NCBI GenBank assembly: GCA_964016885.1
Contig: OZ024751.1
Coordinates: 9,424,001-9,488,000, forward strand
Reading direction: 5' to 3'
Source of the DNA: Eledone cirrhosa
Lineage: Eukaryota
DNA: 64,000 nucleotides
A program made the position numbers and the translations under genes. The notes beneath the pieces were generated by a model. That model did not search any database. It was not told the DNA's origin and saw only the letters and a program-made list of their open reading frames with translations. Positions 31,590 through 44,976 of this stretch are shown piece after piece (within the stretch, counting starts at the first letter, position 1; each line of letters opens with the position of its first letter).

Positions 31590-32175
31590 GATGTTATATT
31601 GATGAAGTTATTAGTTCTCCATAATATAATAATATAATAATATAAGTATTAGGCCTACATATTATAAGAATGTTGTTATTAGTTCTCCATAATATAATAA
31701 TGTAGGTATTAGGCCTACATTATAAGAATGTAGTTATTAGTTCTCCATAATATAATAATGTAGGTATTAGGCCTACATATTATAAGAATGTAGTTATTAG
31801 TTCTCCATAATATAATAATGTAGGTATTAGGCCTACATATCATAAGAATGTAGTTATTAGTTCTCCATAATATAATAATGTAGGTATTAGGCCTACATAT
31901 TATAAGAATGTAGTTATTAGTTCTCCAGAATATAATAATGTAGGTATTAGGCCTACATATTATAAGAATGTAGTTATTAGTTCTCCATAATATAATAATA
32001 TAGTTATTAGGCCTACATATTATAAGAATGTAGTTATTAGGTCTCCATAATATAATAATAGAGTTATTAGGGCTACATATTATAATAATGTAGTTATTAG
32101 CCATACATATTACATAAAGACTTTATTAAGCCTGCATATTATAATAATGTAGTTATTAATCCTACATATTATAAT
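31590..32175. repeat. 60-bp higher-order (2x30) variant of the minisatellite
   Basis: Alternating TAGTTATTAGTTCTCCATAATATAATAATG and TAGGTATTAGGCCTACATATTATAAGAATG. Confidence 0.9.
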
Positions 32176-32360
32176 AATTGTTTCTACTTTAGGCACAAGG
32201 CCAGCAATTACCCAGTGCATTAGTGGTACTTTATTTTATCGACCCCGTAAGGATGAAAGGCAAAGTTAACCTCGGCGGGATTTGAACTCAGATTGGAAAG
32301 GGCCGTAACTCTATGCGTCAAAGCATTGCGTCCGAGCCTCTACCGATACTGCCAATCCAA
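32175..32360 (-). mobile_element. SINE S1 within minisatellite (partial copy at 32423-32500)
   Basis: Near full-length reverse copy of S1. Confidence 0.85.
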
Positions 32361-33399
32361 ATCATGTAGTTATTAGTGCTACATATTATAATAATGTAGT
32401 TATTAGTGCTACATATTATAATAAGTGTTTCTACTTTAGGCACAAGGCCAGCAATTACCCCTGGTACTTTATTTTATCGAGGCAAAGTCAACCTCGGCAT
32501 AATGTCGCTATTATAAGGACCTTGTTACGCCTAGATATTAAAATAAGGAACTTAATAGGCCTAGATATTATAATAAGGACCTTATTAGTCCTACATATTA
32601 TAATAATGTCGTTATTAGTCCTACATATTATAATAATGAAGTTAGTGCTGAAATGTAAAATCATATTAACAATAAATCATCTCAGACAATTAGATATTTA
32701 ATCAATTTAACACTTCCTTTACAAAACATAATACACAATTTATGAACGGGAAATATGAACAAATAAAATGAGGGGTTTTATGATAATGTCTATATATTAA
32801 CTGTCTGATTTGCATGGTGTGTATTTCATATTCGTAATGTCCTCAAAAGCCTGGAGGGGATTAACCGACAAAATTGCCAGAAACGTGACAAAAGCAAATT
32901 CTTAAACTGTGAATTCTGGCAACGCACCATTATAATGATAATAACAAAAATTTATTTATGTATTTATTCTTTAATAATAATGATTTCTAAAATTGGAAAG
33001 AAGCCATATAAGTTGAAGGAAGGTACAGTCGATTACATCGACCCTAGTGTTTAAATGGAATCTATCTTATTGAGCCCGACAAGATTTGAATACAAAATGT
33101 AAAGAGGCGTAACAACAAATCACAAGGAGCTGTCCCAGCTGAACTACCATTCAGAATTACAATAATAATAATAATATTAATAATAATAATATTAATAATA
33201 TTAATAATAATACTCGGCATGATTTGAGAAAGAAGCAGAATTCAAAGGAAGTTCCAAATAATAATAATAATGTTTTCTTTTATTATTGCCGGCGTGACCC
33301 TTTTCTGTAAACACTACAAACGTTATAGATAGGGGTTACAGAAGTATTAGTGATTGACAAATGTATATCAAAGAGAACACCGAAAGAAAGACCATGATA

Positions 33400-33475
<76 letters not shown>

Positions 33476-33642
33476 AGGAAAAGACTCAGGACACCGACGG
33501 GTGAGCTCCGGCCGTTTCGACCGCTAGATCCGAACTCAAAGTATCGAGTACTCCGGTGTGCTATGGTCCACATGGTTACTTACCAAACCGATTGTGTTGT
33601 TATTTCTGTTTACCTTTTACATATATATATATATATACACGT

Positions 33643-33675
<33 letters not shown>

Positions 33676-33679
<4 letters not shown>

Positions 33680-33904
33680 AACGAGTAGGACCCCGACGGC
33701 TGAGCTCAAGCCGTTTCGACGGCTAATTCTGGACTAGAATTAGCCGTCTAATTAGCCAGCTAATTCTGGACCAGAATTAGCCGTCGAAACGGCTTCAGCT
33801 CAGCCGTCGTGGTCCTACTCGTTCCTATTACCCACTCTACTACCCTAAGTATTGAGTACTTTGGTGCGTTATGGTCCACCTGGTTCCTTACCATATTTCC
33901 TTCG

Positions 33905-33906
<2 letters not shown>
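33676..33906. mobile_element. Foldback mini-element (family C) with one-sided tail
   Basis: TAGGAACGAGTAGGACCCCGACGGCTGAGCTCAAGCCGTTTCGACGGCTAATTCTGG is inverted at 33771-33827. Other copies at 44067-44270 and 40783-40843, diverged copy at 33476-33600. Confidence 0.85.
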
Positions 33907-33947
<41 letters not shown>

Positions 33948-34119
33948 TTCAATATATTAACAGAGAAAGCTTTAAGCAATACTCCGACCGACTTCCGTCT
34001 CGTTCAACAAACATTAGGATATACCTTAGTATAATCAATTTATACGTTTGGGGTGCTAACTATACGTATTTTGCGGATAGCCAGTTGTATTATTTTATAT
34101 GAGACATAATTAAATACAT

Positions 34120-34528
<409 letters not shown>

Positions 34529-34963
34529 TAAAAATGTTATTTATATTGAGCTGATAGACAATAAGTATAAGTTGGTATAAAAAGCATTAACCTGGCATAT
34601 ACACACATTGGTATGTCTGTGTTTGTATGTATATGCATATGCATGTATGTATGTGCATGTTTGTATGTGCATGTCTGCATATACACGTATCCATATTCAT
34701 GTATGTTATGCATGTATGTATATGCATGTGTATATATATATATGTATGAGCTTATGGTATAGTGTGTGTGTTTCTATCAATAATATAGTTACATTAAAAT
34801 GTTAGTGTTTCTTCCTCTATCTCTTCTGTAGATTTTCTTGTAGCTCCTGTTTTTTCCGGTTCATCCTACATTTTTTGCCAGTTTCCATTAAAGTTTTTTT
34901 CTTGTGTTATCACTGCTTGATTCTGGTCAATGACATATGTGTGTATATATATGTGTGCTTGTG

Positions 34964-35123
<160 letters not shown>

Positions 35124-35137
35124 GTATATAATATATA

Positions 35138-35171
<34 letters not shown>

Positions 35172-35283
35172 CATATATACATATATGTATATATATATAT
35201 ACATATATACATATATATACATATATATATTATATATTATGAAATACTGTTGGCTTCACGCTCACAACAATTTCTATACTTTA

Positions 35284-35336
<53 letters not shown>

Positions 35337-35338
<2 letters not shown>

Positions 35339-36012
35339 AAAAAATGAGAAAAACGTGCTGCGGGTTGCTAATGGGTTACATATGAATAAAGTTAGTCCTT
35401 CATCAGTGATCTTCCAACCATCATTGGTATTTCATCGCTTTAAAGACCATATACCTCCGGTTGGTGCGAGCAGCGGCTAAAAAAAGTCGTTGGGACACGT
35501 AATTAAAGGGGACACGAGTGTAAACAAACAAAATGGTGAAGCAACAGAAAGTGAGGAAAAAGGAGTCAAGTCCCAAATTTCTATCAATTTAAATTCGGTG
35601 AAATCGTGAACGAGAGAGAATAAAGACCATCAAACCTGGTTGGAATGTGAGCAAGGAAGGAATTCCGTACAGGTTTAACGGGAGGAAGAAGGGATCTAGG
35701 CTGTGAATTCGGTGAACGTAAGTTCTGTGAAATCGTAGACGAGAGAGAGAGAGAAAAAAGTGACCTGCCAGACCAAGGGTGCGAAAGAAAAGAATTACGC
35801 ACAGGTCAAACGGGAAGAAGGAGGAGGAGGAGAGGTAGTAACAGAGAATGAGTGAGTGAAGGGTGAGGAAGAGGCTAACAGAGAGAGTGACTGCTAGAGA
35901 GGGTAAAGATACAGAGAAAGAGGAAGAAGTAAGAACGAAATAGACGTGTAACAGCGGGGTAAAAAATATGTGTAAATATGAGAAAAACGTGCTGCGGGTT
36001 GCTAATGGGTTT
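35337..36012 (-). mobile_element. ~630-bp non-coding element with 34-bp terminal direct repeat
   Basis: ATGAGAAAAACGTGCTGCGGGTTGCTAATGGGTT at 35344 and 35978; internal diverged duplication at 35592-35820; related piece at 43945-44032. Confidence 0.6.
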
Positions 36013-36038
36013 ATGTGTGTGTGTGTGCATGTGTGTGT

Positions 36039-36087
<49 letters not shown>

Positions 36088-36999
36088 TACGTGTGAAGGC
36101 TTGTATGAGTGTATATACGTGTTAGTATATGTCAAGGTGTATGTGTTTGTAATTATATATATATATATATATGTGTGTTTGTGTGTATGTGTTTTGTTTA
36201 TATATGGGAGTCTATGTAGATGTGTTTGTGTATATATGTGTGCGTGTATGTTTGCATGTGTGAATAGGTTTGAAGGTGTATACGAGTGTGTGAATGTGTG
36301 TGTATGCGTATATGCAGTAGGTGTGAAGGTGTATATGAGTGTGTGTGAAGAATTGCACATGTGAGTATGTGTGAAGGTGTATGCGTGTGTGGGAATGCGT
36401 GTGTATGTCTATATATGTGTATGTGTGAAGGTATATGTGGGTGTGTTTGTGTATATGCGCCTGTATCTTTAAGGATTGTAGACATCATTATCTGATCGTA
36501 TTTCTGATTATTTTAATCTTGATAGAGATAATATCTTCTGCTAATATCTCCTCAGTCGTCGTGTAACAGTTCAGCTATATTTGAGTGGAATTTACATTTA
36601 CAGTTCCTGCTAGAAATATTAATACTTCAGTAATATGATTAATGAAAAGTTGTTCTTTGACAGAATCGATAGAGCGTAGTTCAAACAGCCTGGTGGTATA
36701 TACCACGATACTTTCCGTTCTGAGCTTGAATCGCTCCTTGTTCAAACTTGTGAACTTGTGTTTCTTACTTGAATGATCGATAAAATAAAGTACCCATCAT
36801 ATACCCAGGGCTGTTATAATCAAATGCTAACCTGCTCCAATGTACAATGCGATAGCATAGTTCAATAGAGTATTGACGACTTCATTACCAAGTTAGTGAC
36901 TCCTTTTTTCAAAAGAGAGTCTGTCGTTTTAGGGATATTTGGCTATGACATCGAGCAAGTCATGAAGCTGCGTAGAGCATCCATAATTAGTACATCACC

Positions 37000-37066
<67 letters not shown>

Positions 37067-37071
<5 letters not shown>

Positions 37072-37694
37072 AAAGAATAGAGGTGTAACACACAAGTTAT
37101 TATATATTGGTAAACGGAATAGAAAATGCTGACAAATTGTTCACAGTTGAAAAATGGTTTAATTAGGTATAAAAGAGTATTAGTGATTGTATGGGTTAGT
37201 ATTCAGTTGTGGTTTTAAGTTTTTAAGTTTTTACCGGTTGCGCATTTCTAAATGCTTTTCAGAAATAATTTTGAGATAGAGTGTCCGTGCTGTTTGCTCT
37301 GATCTGATTAGTTTTGGGAATTCTACCTGTTTTTATGTTAAAAAAGTGGCTCCAGCGTTATTTTTGTGTTGCAAAAATGCTTGTGGTCAAAACAATTTTG
37401 ATTGGTCGGTAGAGGTCATGTGAATGTAAAAAGTTGATTTTGCGCCAAGACTGATTTTATGTTAAAAAAGTGGCTCCAGCAAAAATTCTTGGTCAAAACA
37501 ATTTTGATTGGTCGGTAGAGGTCATGTGGATAAAAAATTTAACTGAAAAGCATTTAGAAATGCGCAACCGGTAAGAACTTAAAAACTTAAAACCACAACT
37601 GAATACTAACCCATACAATCACTAATACTCTTTTATTCCTAATTAAACCATTTTTCAACTGTGAACAATTTGTCAGCATTTTCTATTCCGTTTA

Positions 37695-37704
<10 letters not shown>
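37067..37704. mobile_element. Foldback element (arms ~160 bp) with one-sided tail and HHR-like remnant
   Basis: 37101-37262 is inverted at 37543-37704; CTGAAAA-GCATTTA-GAAAT-GCGC-AAC; internal direct duplication at 37330-37530. Confidence 0.8.
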
Positions 37705-37766
<62 letters not shown>

Positions 37767-37770
37767 CATA

Positions 37771-37837
<67 letters not shown>

Positions 37838-37842
<5 letters not shown>

Positions 37843-38120
37843 ACTTTTTCTATCTCTGTTTGTTGTTCCTTGAACTATATCTGTCTGTATATATGTCTAA
37901 TAAATCTTATTCGTAGCACCACTGATTCTCCGTTTCTTGTGTGATATTATACTCTGCTCTGCAAGAGCATCGACTGATATTATACTCTGCTCTTGCAGAG
38001 CAGAGTATAATATCACACAAGAAACGGAGAATCAGTGGTGCTACGAATAAGATTTATTAGACATATATACAGACAGATATAGTTCAAGGAACAACAAACA
38101 GAGATAGAAAAAGTCTTATT
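37838..38120. repeat. Foldback (arms ~130 bp, ~18-nt spacer)
   Basis: AAGACTTTTTCTATCTCTG...CTCTGCAAGAGCA / TGCTCTTGCAGAG...CAGAGATAGAAAAAGTCTT. Confidence 0.9.
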
Positions 38121-38277
38121 AGTTTCACGCTTTATATGGAAATGGGAACAGCAAGTTCAACGTGTCGGACTCTAGCCCTTCTTCTGGGGTTCAAAATAGA
38201 GACAGGAAAACAAAGGATATATATGTATGCGCGCGCGCACGCGTGTGTGTGTGTGATTGTTTGTATGTATGCATGTA

Positions 38278-39253
38278 TATCCTGGGAAGCACTGTCAGTC
38301 GATACGGCAACCTTGACAGTGAAATCTCACTTAGGATTAGGAAAGCAAGTGATGCTTTCGGAAAGCTAGAAAGGCGACTCTGGGGTCGACGAGACATATG
38401 CAGGAGGACAAAGGTAAGGGTGTACAGGGCATGTGTACTCTCTTGTCTTCTTTATGCCTGCGAGACCTGGGTCACATATCGACACCACCTTAAGCAATTG
38501 GAGCGTTTCCATCAGATGTGTCTCAGATGGATCCATGGCGTTCACTGGAGGGACCACATCAGTGATGTCGAGATTTTGGAAAGCTCTATGTGTGACAGTA
38601 TAGAAGCTCTTGTGCTTAAGCAACGACTCCGTTGGAGTGGTCACCTTGCCAGGATGAAGGATTCTAGAATACCAAAACAACTCTTTTATGGAGAGTTGGT
38701 TAAAGGAAAACGACCGCCACATAAACCAAAAAAGAGGTATAAGGATTCCTTGAAAGCCTCTCTGAAAGACGCTAACATCTCTGCTGATACATGGGAAAAT
38801 ATTGCTGCTGATCGTAATAAATGGAGAAAAACTGTATATGAGGGAAAAGTTGCCGTTGAGGCATCTCGAATCGCACACGAGAAAGTAAAGCGGGATGTGA
38901 GGAAGGGCATTGCTGTTGCACTTCCAGACGGCGAGAGTCCTCCTATGGTGCTGACATGCAGCGTCTGTGCGAGACTCTGCCTAAGCAAAGCTGGACTCGA
39001 AAGTCATCTTCGCAGTCATAAAGTAAGACCACTGGTTGACTACCAGGCTGCTGTTGGAGATTCTACTCATCATGCTTGCCAAACATGTGGTAGAGAATGT
39101 AAATCAGCAGGAGGGCTCAAGCGACATGCAAAAGTACACGAACTCCAACCACAGCCGACTATTCCCAGTGAATGTTTTGGTTGCCGACTCTGTGCAAGAC
39201 ATTTTAGATCATTGGCTGGGCTAAAAAGCCACATTCGATCGCAGCGCTGTTAG
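38278..39253 (+). CDS. RTE RT C-terminus followed by three C2H2-like zinc fingers
   Basis: CSVC..HLRSH, CQTC..HAKVH, CRLC..HIRSQ. Confidence 0.85.
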
Positions 39254-39636
39254 TTGCTATCGTGTGTGTGTGTGTGTGTGTGTAGATATGCTTATGTGCG
39301 TGCGTGTGTGTGTATATATATATGTATATGTATATTATTATTGTTGTTGTCGTTATTATTATTATTGCTATTATTATTATTATTATTATTATTGTTATTA
39401 ATGTATGTGTGTGTGTATGTGTGTGTGTATGTGTATGTATGTGTGTATGTATATATGTATGTATGTATATATATATATATATATTTTTTTTTTTTTATTA
39501 TTATTATTATTATTTTTTTTTATTTTTTTTTTCTTCTCGTGCAATGGCCATACTCGATAACGAGGGGGCAGCCATCATGTATGTATGTATGTATGTATGT
39601 ATGTATGTATGTATGTATGTATGTATGTATGTATGT
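38278..39636 (+). mobile_element. 5'-truncated RTE-clade LINE with (TATG)n tail
   Basis: YILGSTVS..EISLRIRKASDAFGKL..TKVRVYRACVLSCLLYACETW..LRWSGHLARM..RIPKQLFYGEL; 3' stem-loop CTCG-ATAA-CGAG before (TATG)n. Confidence 0.9.
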
Positions 39637-40230
39637 CAGGTCACCAGTTGGTGCTACTGGTAACTTGTATCCCAACTACAACCTGTCTCATGGTCGGGTC
39701 GTTGGCGACTAAACTGGCTACCCCACCAAGGTTTCTTGGTGAGGAGGGTGACTTTGGACATCCTGCAGGACTAAAAACAAAACCTGTCAAAGGGCAAAGG
39801 CTTAAGAGTCAATGGCCATCCAAAATCACCGGGAGAGATGACCCATTAGCCTTTGTCAAGGCAGAATTCTACGAGAAGGAAAACTCTGATATAACACCTG
39901 CAACCCTGATGGTTTCCAATGATGTTGACTTGTTCTTCTTTTTGGTAAATATCATCTTGGTTAAGAGAGTGGGACTGGCTTTGTGCAGTGCCTTCGCTCA
40001 CTATAAAAGCTTCACGGCACAGGCATTGATTTATATCTGGAGAAATCTCTGCACTTGTACCATGGGCCCAGCACTATGTGTCAATAATTGTCACAAGTGT
40101 AGTGTTTGTACCAGAGTTTTCAAGTCGCTGGCTGGACTAAAATGTCACACTCGTTCAGCGCATCGGTAAGGGTTCTCCTACATGGATATAAAGTAGTGGC
40201 CGTACTCGAAAACGAGTTGGCAAGCCACCA
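39637..40230 (+). mobile_element. Internally deleted (bipartite) RTE derivative
   Basis: 5' part has the RTE 5'UTR-like GAGAAGGAAAACTCTGA motif. 3' part encodes the last zinc finger CSVCTRVFKSLAGLKCHTRSAHR* plus the CTCG-AAAA-CGAG stem-loop, then (AT)n. Confidence 0.65.
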
Positions 40231-40249
40231 TATATATATATATATATAT

Positions 40250-40720
40250 ATATATTTATTTATTGTATAGAAGGAGCTTCTACAGGACTAGTACTGTTTC
40301 ATTCAGATGAAATCTTCAGGAAGCTGGGTGTCATATTAAGTTCTGGTATTTATACATTTAGGTAGTGGTAAGGGAGGGGTGGTGGCTGGGGGGGGGGGGG
40401 GGTATTTAGATATACAGGACCACAACATGGCACAGGCCGTTTTTTCTTTGGGGAGTGGTCAATTAACCAGAGTGCTTTTTTGAAATAAAAGGAAAAGAAA
40501 AAGAAAAAGTAAATAAATAAATAAGTAAATAAATAAATAAATAAATAAATAAATGAATAAATAGATAAATGAATAAATAAATAAAAATAAATAAAAATAA
40601 ATAATGTATGTGTAGATATATATGTATGTATATATATATATATATGTGTGTATGTGTATGCGTGTGTGTGTGTATATTTGTGTGTATGTGTTTTTTCTTG
40701 TGTGTATATATATATATATG

Positions 40721-40786
<66 letters not shown>

Positions 40787-42648
40787 AACCAGTAAGACCC
40801 CGACGGCTGAGCTCAAGCCGTTTCGACGGCTAATTCTGGACTAAATGAAAATTTATCCTGGTATTTAAATAGCCGATCTTCTCAAGGGGTAATTCCATAT
40901 ATCGTCAAAGTGATTGTCAAAAGTCAGTAGTAATTCTGTGATTGCAAATTAGTAGGGGAGATGGTGGCTAAACCTGCTAGTAGGAGAAAGAGGGGAGGGG
41001 GTGGAGTAGACCCAATCAAGCGTTGGTAGTGCCAGCTACAGCTGGGCATGAGGTCATAGAAGATACTGGGGAGGGGGAGGGAAGGAAGTCGGAACGGTAG
41101 TTAGAACAATGAGGGGTAAAAATATAAATGAAAGAAAAAATACTGAGAGTGAAGAAAAGCGAATAAGTGTAAAGAAAAAAGTAAAGCAAGTTCTACGACC
41201 TAAGTCTCTAGCTATTTGTTAGGCTAGATAAATAAATAAAGAAAGAAAGAAGTAAAGAAAGAAATAAAGAAATAACGAAATAAGTAAATGAACTAGGTGG
41301 GACGGATTAGGCAAGGACCCTTTTAAGAGGTAAAGTACGTAAATCATACGGTGACGGGTCAACAAATGGTGCCAAAATACTAAAGAGACTACCACGAAAT
41401 AAATAATAAAGGTTTCTATCCCGGGCACAATGCCAGCAACCACCCAGTGCAGCAAAGTAAACTAGTACGAGATAATAATTCTGAGTCCCGAAAAAAATAT
41501 ATACTAATGCTAACTCTAAAAGGTCTTATACAAGCTACATGAAAGTTCGTAAGAAGTAAAGGTAGAATACGGAAAAATAAATTCAGAATCCACCCCGCCC
41601 AAAAGAAAAGCGAAGAAAGAAAAACTGAAACGAGAAAATAAGGCATAAGTGCCACTAAGAAATATAGAAGGCACGGAAAATAGTGGGAGTGGTCGGAAAA
41701 AGGGGGCAAGTATCCGGGGTCTAAACCAGCTGCTATAAAAAGCGGAGTCCGCCAAATCTATCGTAGACTAGGGGAGGGGGTGGGGGTACTGAGGCTACAA
41801 GGGGCCAAAGGGAAGCCTCGGGTGGGCGAGAAAAGACTCCGACAAAGAAGAAGAGCTGGGGTAGAAGGACTAAGGAGGGATGGGGGGAAGAAGGAAATAA
41901 AGGAAGCGATAAAAGAATAAAAAGAAGATCTTATGTCTCCCTTGGCAAGCAGGGGTTACCCATTGCAAAATCGGCAAGAGGTGTTATAGCCCTAGTCTAC
42001 CCCCCCCCCCCCGGGTCATTATGGGGTTTGAGGGCGAGGTAAGTCCTATATTTTATTCTTTCCATTCTACAAAAACACTCTGGCCACCTGTGGCTTGTAT
42101 GTTAACTTGACCACTCACCTCAGTCTGTGCCATGATTCGGTCTTGTTTATCTTCTAATACCAACCCACCTAAAAAAATTTCCCTACTATATATCTGTTGA
42201 ATTACTATTCTTGGGGTTTTTATTTATTTTTATTTATTTTTATTTATTTATTCATTTATCTATTTATTCATTTATTTATTTATTTATTTATTACTTATTT
42301 ATTTATTTACATTTTCTTTTTCTTTTCCTTTTATTTCAAAAAAGCACTCTGGCTAATTGACGACTCCCCAAAGAAAAAACGGCCTGTGCCATGTTGTGGT
42401 CCTGTGTATCTAAATACCATCCTACCCCAGAAAATCCCCCTCCCCCCCAGCCACCACCCCTCCCTTACCACTACCTAAATGTATAAATACCAGAACTTAA
42501 TATGACACCCAGCTTCCTGAAGATTTCATCTGATTGAAACAGTACTAGTCTTGTAGAAGCTCCTTCTATACAATAAATATATTTTACTCTGCCATGTATT
42601 GAGTACCTTACTTACTGTGGTTATCCCCGACTCAAGCCGGGACCTACG

Positions 42649-42650
<2 letters not shown>
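40250..42650. mobile_element. Element with ~330-bp inverted terminal HHR-bearing repeats around a 1.6-kb core
   Basis: 40255-40590 is the reverse complement of 42215-42580; AGCTTC-CTGAAGA-TTTCATCTGATT-GAAAC-AGTACT-AGTC..GAAGCT at 42511-42561 (mirror 40275-40325). Confidence 0.75.
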
Positions 42651-42685
<35 letters not shown>

Positions 42686-43586
42686 GCATTTATGCTTCAA
42701 TGTATATTTGTGTGTATGTATAAATGTATATTTTTAAATATGTCTATAAATATATATATATATATATATCGGGGGAGGGGGGGGGGGGGGGTTGTGTGAA
42801 TGTGTGTGTGGGTGTGTGTGCGTGTGTGTGTACATGTCTATTGGTATTGAAAACGATGTAGGTTATCAAAAGCATATATCTCACACTAAAATATTGTTTG
42901 TAATGATAACTGAATATATCTAACACCGTGTTCGTATTTTTTTTCTATTTATTCTATTTTCGTAAAATATTACTAAAAAATAATAATAATGATTAATTGA
43001 TTTAATCTTGGGTGTCTATTTCTGTTAGTGAAGCATTTTGCTACGCTACTTATCTTCCAATAAATCTCATTGACATTTATAAAAAAACATTGAGTTGAAA
43101 AAATAACATGAACCTATATAAGGATTAATTCTTGATGAGAGTATTTGATGGAGATATTTTGGTGTTTTGGCTGCCGTGTAAGTTCTCTCTTATGACTAAA
43201 ATTAACAAACAATATTAAAATTCGTTAATTTATCACCTCCATTTCTTTTAACGACATTTATGGTTTAGTATTGTGTTTCTTCTAAGAGTTTAAATCTATC
43301 TTGTTATTCAACAGTTAAAATTGGACACTAAAAAATGAAACCATATCAGATGTGTAAGAGATGTGTCAAACTGTTGCTTCACTTTTGAATTAATATATTT
43401 GTTTTCCTTTTTATCTCTTTATTACAAAATTCTTAGGTTTTAGTGTTGCTAGAAACATTCCACTGTTGCATATATATCTTTCTATCAAAGAAGTTTGTTT
43501 CATAAATAAATTAAAGATCATCTCTTTACACTATGACATTTCACCTCATAATTTAGGACAGTTCGAGGGAACTTTCATACAATTGT

Positions 43587-43617
<31 letters not shown>

Positions 43618-43656
43618 ACATATATATATATGTGAAGGCGTGTGGCTGAGAAGTGA

Positions 43657-43775
43657 AGGCGTGTGGCTGAGTGGTTAGAGAATTGGATTCGCAATCGTAA
43701 GGTTGTGAGTTCGATTCCTGGACCAGGCGATGCGTTATGTCCTTGAGCAAGACACTTTATTTCACGTTGCTCCTT
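43657..43775 (+). mobile_element. SINE S2 5' part (tRNA head + CORE-like)
   Basis: GGCGTGTGGCTGAGTGGTTAGAG..GAGTTCGATTCC..GTCCTTGAGCAAGACACTT. Confidence 0.75.
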
Positions 43776-43896
43776 CTACCTGGAGTTGCGACCGATAGAT
43801 AGTATTAGCAATTGGAAAGACCAACGGAAACATTGTTCCCTCGGTCCGATTTGACGAAAGTCGATCGTTCCTATATATATGTATCTATATATATGT

Positions 43897-43931
<35 letters not shown>

Positions 43932-44066
43932 AATATGATAATAATGGATTGCGGCGCTGCAAATGGGTTACATATGAAAAAGTTTGTCCTCATCAGTGGC
44001 CTTCCAACCGTCGTAGGCATTTCGTCGCATTATACATATACATATGTATATATATATACATATATA

Positions 44067-44267
44067 ACGAAGTAAATGTGGTAAGGAACCAGGTGGACCA
44101 TAACGCACCAAAGTACTCAATACTTAGGGTAGTAGAGTGGGTAATAGGAACGAGTAGGACCCCGACGGCTGAGCTCAAGCCGTTTCGACTGCTAATTCTG
44201 GATTCAATTAGTCCAGAATTAGCCGTCGAAACGGGTTGAGCTCAGCCGTCGGGGTCCTACTCGTTCC

Positions 44268-44270
<3 letters not shown>
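44067..44270. mobile_element. Foldback mini-element family C (opposite orientation to 33676-33906)
   Basis: 44144-44202 is inverted at 44210-44270; tail on the left arm only. Confidence 0.85.
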
Positions 44271-44298
<28 letters not shown>

Positions 44299-44329
44299 AT
44301 AGATATGTATATATATATATATATATATA

Positions 44330-44884
44330 TATTTCCTTTCTGAATTTGTTTGGCAAAAGTCTTTATCTGAAAACGTGTGTTGAAACCGATATTGTTATGC
44401 TTTGGGAGGGTCATGGTGCCAATAAGAAACACACGCACCAGCTTCTTTCACTCCAATTTATTATAAGTTAAATTTATAAATTTAAGAATTTATAAATTTC
44501 CGGTTGGTTGGTTGGTTCCACAACCGGACGGTTGTTCATATATTGTCAAAGTTCTTTCGTCACACATTATGTGACCTCTTCAGTGACTGGTGATGCTTTT
44601 CTTTGCTTTTTTTGTTTTTGTCACTCTCCTTTGTTCTGTCCTAAGCAATCTTGTTCTTTCAAAACAATATGGCGTAGGACAGAACGAAAGAAAAGGCACA
44701 AAAACAAAGAAAAGAATCCCAGTCACTGAAGAGATTAGAGAATGCGTCCGGTTGTGGAACCACCCAACCAACCGGAAATTTATAAATTATTAAATTTATA
44801 AATTTAACTTATAATAAATTGGAGTGAAAGCATTTCGTGCGTGTGTTTCTTATTGGCAATATGACCCTCCCAAAGCATAACAAT
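44330..44884. mobile_element. Head-to-head pair of PLE pseudo-LTRs
   Basis: 44391-44650 (-) and 44660-44884 (+) are both homologous to 44971-45240; HHR at 44545-44587 (-); 60-nt tail on the left arm only. Confidence 0.85.
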
Positions 44885-44904
44885 ATATATATATTTATAT
44901 GTAC

Positions 44905-44976
<72 letters not shown>

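Noticed and set aside
29985-32175. CRISPR-like periodicity
   Set aside because: Contiguous tandem units without unique spacers, no cas genes, eukaryotic context
33676-33830. Interpretation of the foldbacks as MITEs with TA target sites
   Set aside because: The arms are asymmetric with one-sided tails, the inversion centres differ between copies, single arms occur alone, and some arms are demonstrably PLE pseudo-LTRs; not fully excluded for families without a coding partner
38162-39253. Host C2H2 zinc-finger gene
   Set aside because: The fingers are fused to an RTE RT C-terminus, and the ORF start lies in microsatellite or foldback tail sequence
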